A stretch of 61,762 nucleotides of DNA, counting the filler, from Chiloscyllium plagiosum (taxonomy: Eukaryota): assembly GCF_004010195.1 (NCBI RefSeq). It is 5 parts of 2 records of this genome, joined end to end, with 100 filler letters (N's around TTAATTAATTAA, not from the genome) between each part and the next. Parts side by side here need not be neighbours in the genome. Positions count along the whole stretch, not along the records: positions 10,851 to 29,387 come from NC_057713.1; 4 more parts are not named here. The stretch is one strand, 5' to 3'. Shown piece after piece: positions 12,227-24,109 of the stretch. Below the pieces are notes generated by a model. The model had not been told where the DNA came from. It saw only the letters and a list, made by a program, of their open reading frames with translations, and did not search any database. The position numbers were made by a program, and so were the translations under genes. How positions within the stretch are numbered: the stretch's first letter is position 1; every line of letters starts with the position of its first letter.

Positions 12227-15200
12227 GTCTCTTGATTAAACTTAAAATATAAGTCATAACTATTAATTTAACCTGGTGCAGTGTTTTGTAGAGGAATAAG
12301 ACGGTGGTATTTTCTGGGTCTGTAGATTGGGAAGGAGCAAAAATGGCCTTTGCAGTGATATGTACTTCTTGTCAGATGTGGGAGTTTAAATAGAGTTTAA
12401 GGGTTACATGCGGATTATATCTGCCATAAATGCTATTGGATGTGAATCTAATCAAATCGAATCGATCGGTTGGAGAGACAGTTAGAAGCGATGAGGAATT
12501 TGCAACAGCAACATTATGTGATGGATAGCAGGTATAGGAAAGGGGGAAAGTCTCAGATACAGTCACATAGATGGGTTAACTCCAGGAAGGGTAAGAGAGG
12601 AAGGCACTTAGGGCAGGAGTCTTTTATGGATATACCCATTTCAAACAGGTATGCTGTTTTGGAAAATGTAGGGGGTGATGGATTCTCAGGGGAACGTAGC
12701 ACGAACAGCCAAGTTTCTGGTATTGAGACTGGCTCTAATGCAACGAGGGATACGTCGGCTCCCAAGAGATCAATTGTGTTAGGGGATTCTGTAGTCAGAG
12801 GTACAGACAGACATTTCTGTGGCCAGCAGAGAACAAGCAGAATGGTGTGTTGTTTCCCTGGTGCCAGGATCAAGGATGTCTCAGAGAGGGTGCAGAATGT
12901 TCTCACGGGGGAGAGGGGCCAGCAAGAGGTCATTGTCCACATTGGAGCCAACGATATAGGAAGGGAAAAGGTTGAGACTCTGAAGGGAGATTACAGAGAG
13001 TTAGGCAGAAATTTAAAAAGGAGGTCCTCAAGGGTAGTAATATCTGGATTACTCCCAGTGCTACGAGCTAGTGAGGGCAGAAATAGGAGGATATAGCAGA
13101 TGAATGTATGACTGAGCGTTGGTGTATGGGAGTAGGATTCACATTTTTGGATCATTGGAATCTCTTTTGGGGAAGAAGCTACCTGTACAAGAAGGACGGA
13201 TTGCACCTAAATTGGAAGGGGACTAATATACTGGCAGGGAGATTTGCTAGAGCTGCTCGGGAGGATTAGCAATTTAACTTCAGTTGAGAAAGAAAATATG
13301 GGCCAGAAATTAATCTGGCAATGCTTTCCCTGCATTGCGGAATCTGAAGGCAAAAGCCAAAGGATTAATAAAATTGCTTCCCAGGCCTTCTCTCCATCCT
13401 CAAGGTGAGCTGACAAAGCTGGTCCCATCTCCAGCAGTAACTCAGCACAGGGCATATCATTTTCACAGCATCTGCCTCATTGCCTCTGCATCTCTGCTAA
13501 ATCCTGAAAGGGGAATCAGGGCAGGGTGGATTGATAGTGGGGAGAGGCAGATCACATCTCCTGTACACTCATGTTGCAATCTCACCTCCAGTCTCATTGG
13601 GATTGTATAATAGACCCCCTAATAGTCAGAGGGAAATTGAGAAACAAACTTGTAAGGAGATCTCAGCTATCTGTAAGAATAATAGGGTAGTTATGGGAGG
13701 GGATTTTAACTTTCCAAACATCGACTGGGACTGCCATAGTGTTAAGAGTTTAGATGGAGAGGAATTTCTTAAGTGTGTACAAGACAATTTATGATTCAAT
13801 ATGTGGATGTACCTACCAGAGAAGGTAAAAAATCTGACCCACTCTTGAAAAATAAGGCAGGGCAGGTGACTGAGGTGTCAGTGGGGGAGCACTTTGGGGC
13901 CAGCGACCATAATTCTATTTGTTTGAAAATCGTGATGGAAAAGGATAGACCAATCTAAAAGTTGAAGTTCTAAATTGGAGACAGGCCAATTTTGACGGTA
14001 TTAGGCAAGAACTTTTGAATGCTGATTGGAGGCAGATGTTTGCAGGTAAAGGGATGGCTGGAAAATGAGAAGTCTTCAGAAATAAGATAACAAGAATCCA
14101 GAGAAAGTATATTCCTATCAGGGTGAAAGGAAAGGTTGGTAGATATAGGGAATGCTGGATGACTAAAGAAATTGAGGGTTTGGTTAAGAAAAAGAAGGAA
14201 GCATATGTCAGGTATAGACAGGATAGATCGAGTGAATCCTTAGAGGAGTATAAAGGAAGCAGGAGTATAATTAAGAGTGAAATCAGGAGGGCAAAAAGGG
14301 GACATGAGATAGCTTTGGCAAATAGATTTAAGGAGGATCCAAAGGGTTTCTTAAGGACAAATATATTAAGGACAAAAAGGTAACTATGGAGAGAATAGGG
14401 CCCTTCAAAGATCAGCAAGGCGGCCTTTATGTGGAGCCACTGAAAATGGGGGAGATACTAAATGAATATTTTGCATCAGTATATACTGTGGAAAAGGATA
14501 TGGAAGATATAGACTGTAGGGAAAGAGATGGTGACATATTGTAAAATGTCCAGATTACAGAGGAGGACCTGAACAGGTGTACCCGAGAACTGTGTGGGAA
14601 GCCAGAGAAGTGATTACTGGGCCTCTTGCTGAGATATTTGTATCATCGATCGTCACAGGTGAGATGCCAGAAGACTGGAGGTTGGCAAACGTGGTGCCAC
14701 TGTTTAAGAAGGGCGGGAAAGACAAGCCAGAGAACTATAGACCGGTGAGCCTGACCTCAGTGGTGGGTAAGTTGTTGGAGGGAATCCTGAGGGACAGGAT
14801 GTACATGTATTTGGAAAGGCAAGGATTGATTAGGGATAGTCAACATGGCTTTGTGCGTGGGAAATCATATCTCACAAACTTGATTGAGTTTTTTGAAGGA
14901 GTAACAAAGTGGATTAATGAGGGCAGAGCAGTAGATGTGACTCATATGGTTCCCCCTGGGAGACTGATTAGCAAGGTTAGATCTCATGGAATACAGGGAG
15001 AACTAGCCATTTGGATACAGAACTGGCTCAAAGGTGGTGGTGGAGGGTTGTTTTTCAGACTGGAGGCCTGTGACCAGTGGAGTGCCACAAGGATCGGTGC
15101 TGGGTACTCTACATTTTGTCATTTACATAAAGGATTTGGATGTGAGCATAAGAGGTACAGTTAGTAAGTTTGGAGATGACACCAAAATTGGAGGTGTAGT

Positions 15201-15773
15201 GGACAGTGAAGAGGGTTACCTCAGATTACAACAGGATCTGGACCAGATGGGCCAATGGGCTGAGAAGTGGCAGATGGAGTTTAAAAGGGTTCAGAAAAGA
15301 TTTACAAGGATGTTGCCAGGGTTGGAGGATTTGAGCTATAGGGAGAGGCTGAACAGACTGGGGCTGTTTTCCCTGGAGCGTTGGAGGCTGAGGGGTGACC
15401 TTATAGAGGTTTACAAAATTATGAGGGGAATGGATATGATACATAGGCAAGGTCTTTTCCCTGGTGTCGGGGAGTCCAGAACTAGAGGGCCGAGGTTTAG
15501 GGTGAGAGGGGAAAGATATAAAAGAGACCTAAGGGGCAACTTTTTCATGAGAGGGTGGTGTGTGTATGGAATGAGCTGCCAGAGGAAGTGGTGGAGGCTG
15601 GTACAATTGCAACATTTAAAAGGCATTTGGATGGGTATATGAATAGGAAGGGTTTGGAGGGATATTGGCCGGGTACTGGCAGGTGGGACTAGATTGGGTT
15701 GGGATATTTGGTTGGCATGGACGGGCTGGACCGAAGGGTCTGTTTCCATGCTGTACATCTCTATGACTCTATG
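12227..15773 (+). mobile_element. CR1 LINE 'B', internally deleted (5'UTR part, ORF1, partial ORF2, 3'UTR)
   Basis: ORF1 from ATG 12343: CxxC..CxxC, GDSVVRG, GANDIG, DGLHL. ORF2: GDFNFP, NYRPVSLTS, GVPQGSVLG, KFGDDTK. Tail ctatgactctatg. Confidence 0.92.
12343..13267 (+). pseudogene. CR1 ORF1 with zinc finger, coiled coil and SGNH/GDSL esterase (disrupted)
   Basis: MAFAVICTSCQMWEF..; SIVLGDSVVRGTD; HIGANDIG; YKKDGLHLNWKG; in-frame stops present. Confidence 0.88.
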
Positions 15774-16409
15774 ACCTGGGCTGGTTCATTACCAAATACC
15801 AGATCCAGTGTGGCCTCTCCTCTTGTCAGCCCTTTGACATACTGTGTCAGGAAACCCTTCTGCATACATTGGACAAAAACTGATCCATCCAATGACTGGA
15901 AATGCTATAACTCCAGTACGATGTTGGGGAAGTTAAAGTCCCCCATAATGACCATCCTGTTCATTTCACTCCTACCCAGAATCATTTTGCCAATCCTCTC
16001 CTCCACTTCCCTGGAACTCTCCGGAGGCCTATAAAAAAATTCCCAGCAGTGTGACCTCTCCTCTCCTGTTTCTAACATCAATCCATACTACCTCAGTAAA
16101 CAAGTTCTCGTCAAAAGTTCTTTCAGCCACACTTTTACTATCCGTGACTAACAAGGCCACACCTCCCCTTCTTTTACCGCCTTGCCTGTTCTTAATGAAA
16201 GATCTAAACCTTGGAACCTGCAACATCCAGTCCTGACCCTGCTCTATCCATGTCTCCAAAATGGCCACAACATCGAACTCCCAGGTACCTACCCATGCTG
16301 CAAGCTCACCTACTTTAATCCAGATACTCCTTGTGTTGAAGTAGACACACTTCAAACCAGCTTGCTGTTTGCTAGCACACTCCTGTGACTGTGAAATCCT
16401 GTCCATGTC

Positions 16410-19400
16410 ATAGAACATAGAAAACTACAGCACAGAACAGGCCCCTAGGTCCATGATGTTGTGCCGAGGTTCAATCCTAATGTAAAATATAATAACTTAA
16501 CCTATCCATCCCTCAACTCACTGCTACCCATGTGCATATCCAGCAGTTGCTTAAATGTACCCAATGACTTTGCTTTCACCACCACAGCTGGCAACAGATT
16601 CCATGCATTCACAACTCTCTGCGTAAAGAACCTACTTCTGACATCTCCTCTATACCTTTCTCCTAATATCTTAAAACTATGTCCCCTTGTACCAGTCAAT
16701 CCTGTCCTGGGGAAAAGTCTATGGCTATTGACTCTATCTATTCCTCTCATTATCTTGTATACCTCGATCAGGTCTCCTCTCTTCCTCCTTCTCTCCAGAG
16801 AGAAAAGTCCGAGCTTATTCAACCTTTCTTTATAAGGCAAGCCCTCCAGTCCAGGCAGCATCCTCTCCAAAGCCTCTGTATCTTTCCTATAATAGGGCGA
16901 CCATAACTGGACACTATATTCCAAATGTGGTCTCACCAGGGACTTGTAGAGCTGTAGCAAAACCTCATGGCTCTTAAACTCAATCCCCCTGTTAATGAAA
17001 GCCAAAACACCATATGCTTTCTTAACAACCCTATCCACTTGGGTGGCAACGTTGAGGGATCTATGTACTCACATACTTAGATCCCTCTGTTCCTCCACAT
17101 TGCCAGGAATCCTGTCTTTAATCCTATATTCAGCATTCGAGTTCGACCTTCCTAAATGCATCACTTCACATTTATCCAGGTTGAACGATATCTGCCATTT
17201 CTCAGCCCAGCTCTGCATCCTGTCTATGTCACACTGCAGCCTGCAATAGCCCTCGATACTATCAATGGCACCTCCAACCTTTGTGTCATCTGCAAATTTA
17301 CTAACTAACCCCTCAACCTCCTTATCCAAGTCATTTATAAAAACTACAAAGAGCAGAGACCCAAGAACAGAGCCCTGCACGGCTCCACTCAACACTGACC
17401 TCCAGGCAGAATACTTTCCATCTACAGCTACTCTTTGCTTTCTGTCAGCCAACCAATTCTGAATCCAGATAGCCAAATCTCCCTGTATTCCATACTTCCT
17501 GACTTTATGAATGAGCCAACCATGGGGAACCTTATCAAATGCCTTGCTGAAGTCCATATACACCACATCCACTGCTCAACCTGTCTCGACACCTCCTCAA
17601 AGAACTCAATAAGGTTTGTGAGGCATGACCTACCCCTCACAAAGCCTTGCTGACTGCCTTTAATCACACTTTGCCAAATAGTCATAAATCCTATCCCTCA
17701 GAATTCTTTCCAAAACTTTGCTGACCACAGACATAAGACTGACTGGTCTGTAATTGCCAGGGATTTCCCTATTACCCTTCTTGAAAAAGAGGAACAACAT
17801 TTGCCTCCTTCCAATCCTCCAGTACGACTCCCGTGGAGAGTGAGGAAGCAAACATCCTCACCAGCGGCTTAGCAACCTCCTTTCTCGCTTCCCGGAGCAG
17901 CCCGGGATAAATCTGGTCTGGCCCTGGGGACTTATCAATCTTAATGTTTTCCAAAATTTCTAGCACATCATCTTCATCAATCTTGATCTGGTCAAGCCTG
18001 TATCCCAGCTCCTCAAAGTTCTCATTCACAACAAGGTCCCTTTCCTTGGTGAAAACCAAAGCAAAAAACTCATTTAGGGCTTCCCCTGTCTGCTCAGACT
18101 CCACGCATAAGTTTCCTCCACTATCCCTGATCGGCCCTACCTTCTCCCTGATCATTCTCTTATTCCTCACATATGAGTAAAATGCCTTTAGGTTCTCCCC
18201 AGTCCTTCTTGCCAAGCCTTTTTCATGCCCCCTCCTAACTCTCCTCAGTCCATTTCTGAACTCCTTTCTAGCAAGCCTGTAATCCTCTAAAGCTGTGCTA
18301 GATCCTTGCTTCCTCCACCTTATGTAAGCTGCCTCTTCATTTTGATGAGAACTCCTTTGTTCTTGTCATTCAAGGTTCCTTAATCTTACCCTTTCTTACC
18401 TGTCTCAGAGGAACAAATTCATGCATCACTCACAACAACTGCTCCTTAAATAGTCTCCACATGTCTGCTGTGCCCTTTCTGTGGAAAACTGCTCCCAGTC
18501 TGTACTTCGCAGCTCCTGGCTGATAGCATCATAATTTCCTTTTCCCCAAATAAATATCTTCCCTCGGTAACTGCTCCTTTCCCTCTCCAAGGCTATGGTA
18601 AACGTGAGGCAGTTGTGATCACTGTCACCAAAGTGTTCTCCCACCACGAGATCTGACACCAGCCTGGCTCATTGCCAAGCACCAAATCCAAAATGACCTC
18701 TCCCCTCGTCTGTCTGTCTACATACTGAGTATGGCAACCCTCCTGAACACACCTGACAAAAACAGCTCCATCCAAACTATCTGCACTCAGGAGGTTCCAG
18801 TCGATATTGGGAAAGTTGAAATCACCCATAACAACAACCTTGCTACATCTGCATTTTTCCAGAATCTGTCCGCCTATGAGATCTTCAATCTCTCTACTGC
18901 TATTAGGTGGTCTGTAGAAAACCCCCAGTGAGCTGGCTGTTCCCTTGCTGTTCCTAACTTCTACCCATACTGACTCAGTAGACAAACCTTCCTCAACAGC
19001 CTTTGTTTCTGTAGCTGTGATGCTCTCTCTGATTAGCAATGCTACACCCCCTCCTCTTTTTTCACCCTCCCTGTTCTTTTTAAATGTTCTAAACCCTGGA
19101 CCCCCGTGAAACTCACGTCTCCGTTATAGATTAGATTAGATTACATTACAGTGTGGAAACAGGCCCTTCGGCCCAACAAGTCCACACCGCCCCGCCGAAG
19201 CGCAATCCACCCATACCCCTACATAACACTACATACCCTTGCCTAACACTACGGGCAATTTAGCATTGCCAATTCACCTGACCTGCACATCTTTGGACTG
19301 TGGGAGGAAACCGGAGCACCCGGAGGAAACCCACGCAGACACGGGGAGAATGTGCAAACTCCATACAGTCAGTCGCCTGAGACGGGAATTGAACCCGGGT

Positions 19401-19990
19401 CTCTGGCGCTGTGAGGCAGCAGTGCTAACCACTGTGCCACCGTGCCGCCCACTATGGCCACAACATCGTAGCCCCAAGTACTGATCCATGCTCTAAGTTC
19501 GTCACTCTTATTTCTGACACTCCTTGCATTAAAGCAGACACATTTTAACTGATCCCTTTGTTTCATCACGTGAGAAACCTTCCTGATAGATTCACTACAT
19601 CCTGTCACTGCTCCATCTGCAACTGTCCCCCTCTCAGATATGTGGCTCTGATTCCCACCCCTCTGCCAAACTAGTTTAAACCCTCCCAAATCTCCCGAGC
19701 AAATCTCCCACCCAGGACATTTGTACCCCTCCAGTTCAGGTGCAAACCATGCTTCATGTACAGGTCCCACCTTCCCCAGAAGGTATCCCAATGGTCTAGG
19801 TATCTGAAGCCCTCCCTCGTGCACCATCCACGTGTTAAGCTGCATTCGCTGACTATTCCTCATCTCACTATCTCGTGTCACCGGTAGCAAACCTGAGATC
19901 ACTACTCTACTCGTCCTGCTCTTCAGCTTCCAACATAATTCTCTGTAGTCACTTTTCAGATCCTCAATCCCTTTCCTGGCTATATCATTG
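16410..19990 (-). mobile_element. CR1 LINE 'C' (end of ORF1, ORF2, 3'UTR) nested in CR1 'A'
   Basis: APE, RT and C-terminal motifs across ORFs 16502-19902; (catagaa)n tail at 16409; 5-bp direct repeat atgtc at 16405-16409 and 19991-19995. Confidence 0.92.
19127..19450 (-). mobile_element. HE1-type SINE nested in CR1 'C'
   Basis: Nearly the same sequence as 11586-11906; intact A/B boxes. Confidence 0.92.
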
Positions 19991-20742
19991 ATGTCCTCCC
20001 TACTCTCATCCTCCTGTGGACTGGAACTACACCTCAGGTTCCCATCTCCCTGCTGAGCACATTTAAATCCACCTGAATAGCACCAGCAAATTTCCCATCC
20101 AATTTATTAGTACCCCTCTGGTTCAAGTGAAGACCGCCCTGTTTGTAGACCTTCCCACAGAATGAGCCCCAATTATCCAAGTACCTGAAACCCTCCCTTC
20201 TGCAGCCAATTGTTCAGCTAATATCTCTCCCTATTCCTTGCCTTGCTATCACATGACATGGGTAACAAACCAGAGAAAACAACTCTGTTTTAGCCCTCAG
20301 TTTCTACCCTAGCTCCCTAAAATCCTGCCTTACATCCCTAGCTCTCTTTCTACCTATGTCGTTGATACCTACATGGACCATGACTTGGGGCTGGTCACCC
20401 TCTCCCTTCAGGACCCCAAAGACACGATCCAAGAGATCATGGACCCTGGCACATAGGAGGCAACACACCAACCGAGAGTCTCGTTCATTCCCAACAAACC
20501 TTCCATCTGAGCCTCTAACTATTGAGTCCCCAATGATTTACACCCTCCTCCCTTCCCTCCTTCCCTCTGTGCAACAGACACAGACTCTGTGCCAGAGACC
20601 TGCACCCTACTGCATGCCCCTGGTAAGTCACGCCCCCCCCAACAGTATCTAAAACGGTATACTTGTTTTTCTGGGGAACAACCACAGGGATCCCTGCACT
20701 GACTCTTTTTCCCCCTTCAAACAGTCACCCAGCTTTCCTTGT

Positions 20743-21260
20743 GCCTAGTTCTGGTCGCCCCATTACAGGAAGGATGTGGAAGCATTGGAAAAGGTGCAGA
20801 GGAGATTTACCAGGTTGTTGCCTGGTCTGGAGGGAAGGTCTTATGAAGAAAAGCTGAGAGACTTGAACCTGTTCTCATTGGCAAGAAGAAGGCTAAGAGG
20901 GGATTTGATAGAGACATACAAGATGATCAGTGGATTAGATAGTGTAGACAGTGATAGTCTTTTCCCTCTGATGATGACGTCAGCTTGTATGAGAGGGCAT
21001 AGCTATAAATTGAGGGGTGATAAATTTAAGACAGATGTCAGAGGCAGGTTCTTTATTCAGAGAGTGGTAAAGGCTTGGAATGCGTTGCCTGCCAATGTAG
21101 TCAACTCAGCCACGTTAGGGAGGTTTAAACAATCCTTGGATAAGCACATGGATGACGATGGGACAGTGTAGGGGGATGAGCTTAGATCAATTCATAGGTT
21201 GGCGCAACATCGAAGGCCGAAGGTTCTGCGCTGTATTGTTCAATGTTTTACGTTCTATAC
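20743..21260 (+). mobile_element. CR1 LINE 3' fragment
   Basis: ALEKVQRRFTRLLPGL..RGDLIETYK..FFIQRVVKAWNALP plus 3'UTR. Confidence 0.9.
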
Positions 21261-21554
21261 TAAACCTTTCTACTGAGGTAACTTATTTCCTTAACTGCTC
21301 TGTAAATAACACTTTCGCAAAGAGAAAATGTACTTGCTTCTAACTCCATTCAAGTTGCCTCCAAACTGCCTTAAAACTTTTCTTGTTTTCTGTTTTCTTG
21401 AAGATAAAGTGAATCTTTGATTAATCTAAATCAAAAGCAGTGTTTATTCAACCTGTCATTAGCCACTACAATAGAAACAATTTTCTATTGACGCACCAGG
21501 AATCTCGTGCTCTCTGACACATTGGGATTATGTCACTACTTGGAAGGATTGTTA

Positions 21555-22190
21555 AACACCATAGAAAACGGGAACTGGAGTAGGTCATTCGGCCCCTTAA
21601 GCCTGCTCTGCCATTCAATAGGATCATGGCTGATCCAAAATTCCTCATATCCATTTTCCTATATTTTGTCCATAATCCTTGATTCCCCAACTGATCAAAA
21701 TATATCTCAACCTTAAATATACACAACGACTCAGCCCCACGGCAACCTGTTTCGCTTTTGCTCATAAGGCAATCCTTCTGTACAGGGGATCACCCCAGTG
21801 AACATTCACTGAACTGCCGCCAATGAAATGACTGCTTTTCTTAAGTAAAACTGCTTACAGTACTCCAGATGTGGTCTCACCAGCACCTTGTAGAATTGCA
21901 ATAACACTTCCCTACTCTTATACACCAACCCCCTTGAAATAAGGGCCAATATTCCATTAGCTTTCCTGATTACCTGCTGCATCTGTGTGATAGCTTTCTG
22001 TGTTTTGTGCGCAAGTAATGAGTCTTTTTGTGCTTCAACTTTCTGCAGTTTTACTCCATTTAAATAATTCTCTGTCCTTCTGTTCTCCCTCTCAAAATGA
22101 AAACTTCACATTTTTCTATATTATATTTGATTTGACAACTAAGCCAACTTACTTAACCTGTCAATATCTCTGTAAAATCTGTTTGTATCC
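21555..22190 (-). mobile_element. Decayed CR1 3' fragment
   Basis: 3'UTR motif plus gtactccagatgtggtctcaccagc (LVRPHLEY) reverse. Confidence 0.8.
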
Positions 22191-22792
22191 CTAGTTATCT
22201 TGAAAAGCTTTCACCAAAGTCATCAACATTCATATGCCACTATTTTGAATCCAAACTCAAAAAATGACATGAACATATATGCATATATCCTCAACACCCA
22301 TCGTAGTTGACAGGACCCTCAGCCATGACTAATCATTCTCCCATACTTCTGTCCTCACCCTGTCCCCTCCCTGTCAGAACATGATAGGTTCAGAGAAAAC
22401 CTCTCTCTACATCCCACTAGTCTCCATATTTAAAGAATCATCGTTCTCCATTTCTGCCACCTCCAGTAGGATGCTACCACCAAAGACATCATCTCCTCTC
22501 TTCTATTGTCAGAATTCCATAGGAACCATTCCCTCTAAGTCATGCTGGTTCATTCTTCCATTACTCCTAATACTTTCCCACTAACCCCCTCCCCATTAGC
22601 TCATTCCCAAGAAATCGCAGAAGGTGTAACACTAGTCCATTCACTATCTTCCTCCTCAGTATTCAAAGCCCAAACACACCTTCTAAGTGAAGCAGTATGT
22701 TACTTCTTTCATTTTAGTCAACTGTATTAATTGCTCTTTTACATTAGTGAAGCCAACACAGACTGAATGATCACCTTGTAGAATATGAGGTA

Positions 22793-22866
22793 GGTCGGAT
22801 AGCTCAGATGGTTAGAGCATGATGCTGATATGACCAAGGTTGTGGGTTCAATCCCCACACTGACCA
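22793..22866 (+). pseudogene. tRNA-Ile-derived pseudogene (GAT at the anticodon position)
   Basis: 74 nt colinear with vertebrate tRNA-Ile(AAT). Intact T-arm GTGGG-TTCAATC-CCCAC and A box; acceptor stem 6/7 paired; anticodon stem has two mismatches. Confidence 0.8.
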
Positions 22867-22884
22867 CATGCATTGTTGGGATTT

Positions 22885-23232
22885 GGGGCGGGATGGTGAT
22901 TCAGTGGTTAGTACTGCCTCACAGTGGTAGGGACCCAGGGGTTTGATCCCTGCCTCGGGCGACTGTGTGCAGTTTGCACATTCTCCCCATGTCTGCATGA
23001 GTTTCCTTTGGGTGCACTGGTTTCCTCTCACAATCCAAAAATGTGCAGTTTAGGTGAATTGGCCATGCTAAATTACCCATAGTGTTCAGGGATGTGTCGG
23101 CTGGGAGCAATGTCAGGGGTAAATGTGGAGTAATATGGGAATGGGAATGGGAATGGGTGGGATACTCTTTGGAGGGACTTGTTAGGCTGAAGGGTCTGTC
23201 TCCATACCGTAGGGATTCTATTCTATGATTCT
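22885..23232 (+). mobile_element. HE1-type SINE (diverged)
   Basis: tRNA-like head, central domain, (attct)n tail. Confidence 0.85.
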
Positions 23233-23935
23233 CAATTGAACCTCAGATCTGTTCATCGGAATGATCCCGACCATGCTTGTTACTTCAATAAACCCCCTTG
23301 CTCCAATGGTAACATTTCCATGCTGGGCCTGCTATAGTGAACCAATGAAGCTCAATGCAGGCTGGAGGAACAACACTTCATTTTCTAACAGGGAACTTTA
23401 CAGCATTCACGACTCCACGTTGAATTCCACAACTTCAGATAATGACCTCAGTTCTCTATTTTTCTTACAATTCATATCCCCCCCAGCTATGTCTTGTTTG
23501 TGCCTTATTGACAATGTGCTCAGCAGAGCTGACCCATTTTCTCATTTTTATGTCTTCACTTACTCCCATATAAATCATAGCTTTTTTCTCATCACTGCCT
23601 TTGTTTTGCGCTCTGTGTATCCCTGCTATCTGTTCTACTTTCTCCCCCTCCCTCTCTATCAATAGCATAAAAACACAATTTTCCAGCTCCTTTCAGTTGT
23701 GAAGATCAGTTAATGGACTCAAACCATTAACTCGTTTTCTCTTTCCACAGATGCTCCCAGACCCGCTGAGTTTTTCCAGTGCTTCCTATTTTTTATTTTA
23801 GATTTCCAAAATCTGCTGTATTTTGCTTTTATTTATTTATATAGATTTTCATATTTTAATTGATAATGCTCCTGTGAAGTTTTTTAGGATGCCTTACTAT
23901 GTTAAGAAGTGATGTACAATGTAAACTGTTATTGT

Positions 23936-24109
23936 TGGAGAGTGTGATGCTGGAAAAGCACAGCAGGCATGGCAGATCTCATTCCTGATAAAGGGCTTAT
24001 GCCCGAAATGTGCTTTCTCCTGCTCTTCGGATGCTGCCCGACCTGCTGTGCTTTTCCAGCATCACACTCTAAACTCCAATTTCCAGTATCTGCAGTCCTC
24101 ATTTTTTCC
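23936..24109. mobile_element. Partly fold-back PLE pLTR mini-insertion with degraded hammerhead
   Basis: Inverted arms; CTGATAA-agggcttatgccc-GAAATGT; possible short TSD ttattgt at 23929-23935 and 24110-24116. Confidence 0.75.

Larger units (their letters stand above)
11393..20742 (-). mobile_element. CR1 LINE 'A' (ORF1 esterase, APE, linker), split by nested insertions
   Basis: Pieces at 11393-11585, 11913-12226, 15774-16409 and 19991-20742 rejoin at aacacc|tgggctgg and atgtc|ctccc. APE start LKCVYFNTRSI..ETW at 16029-16418. Confidence 0.8.
22270..23830 (+). mobile_element. Old decayed Penelope-like element (GIY-YIG end + pLTR) split by tRNA-like and SINE insertions
   Basis: Diverged similarity to 33129-33761 and 61200-61740 (..RLEEQHFIF..GTLQ..); degraded hammerhead/pLTR at 23695-23830. 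Confidence 0.65.

Noticed and set aside
22793..22866. Functional tRNA-Ile(GAT) gene
   Set aside because: Anticodon stem mismatches, no immediate oligo-T terminator, embedded in repeats; kept as a pseudogene.
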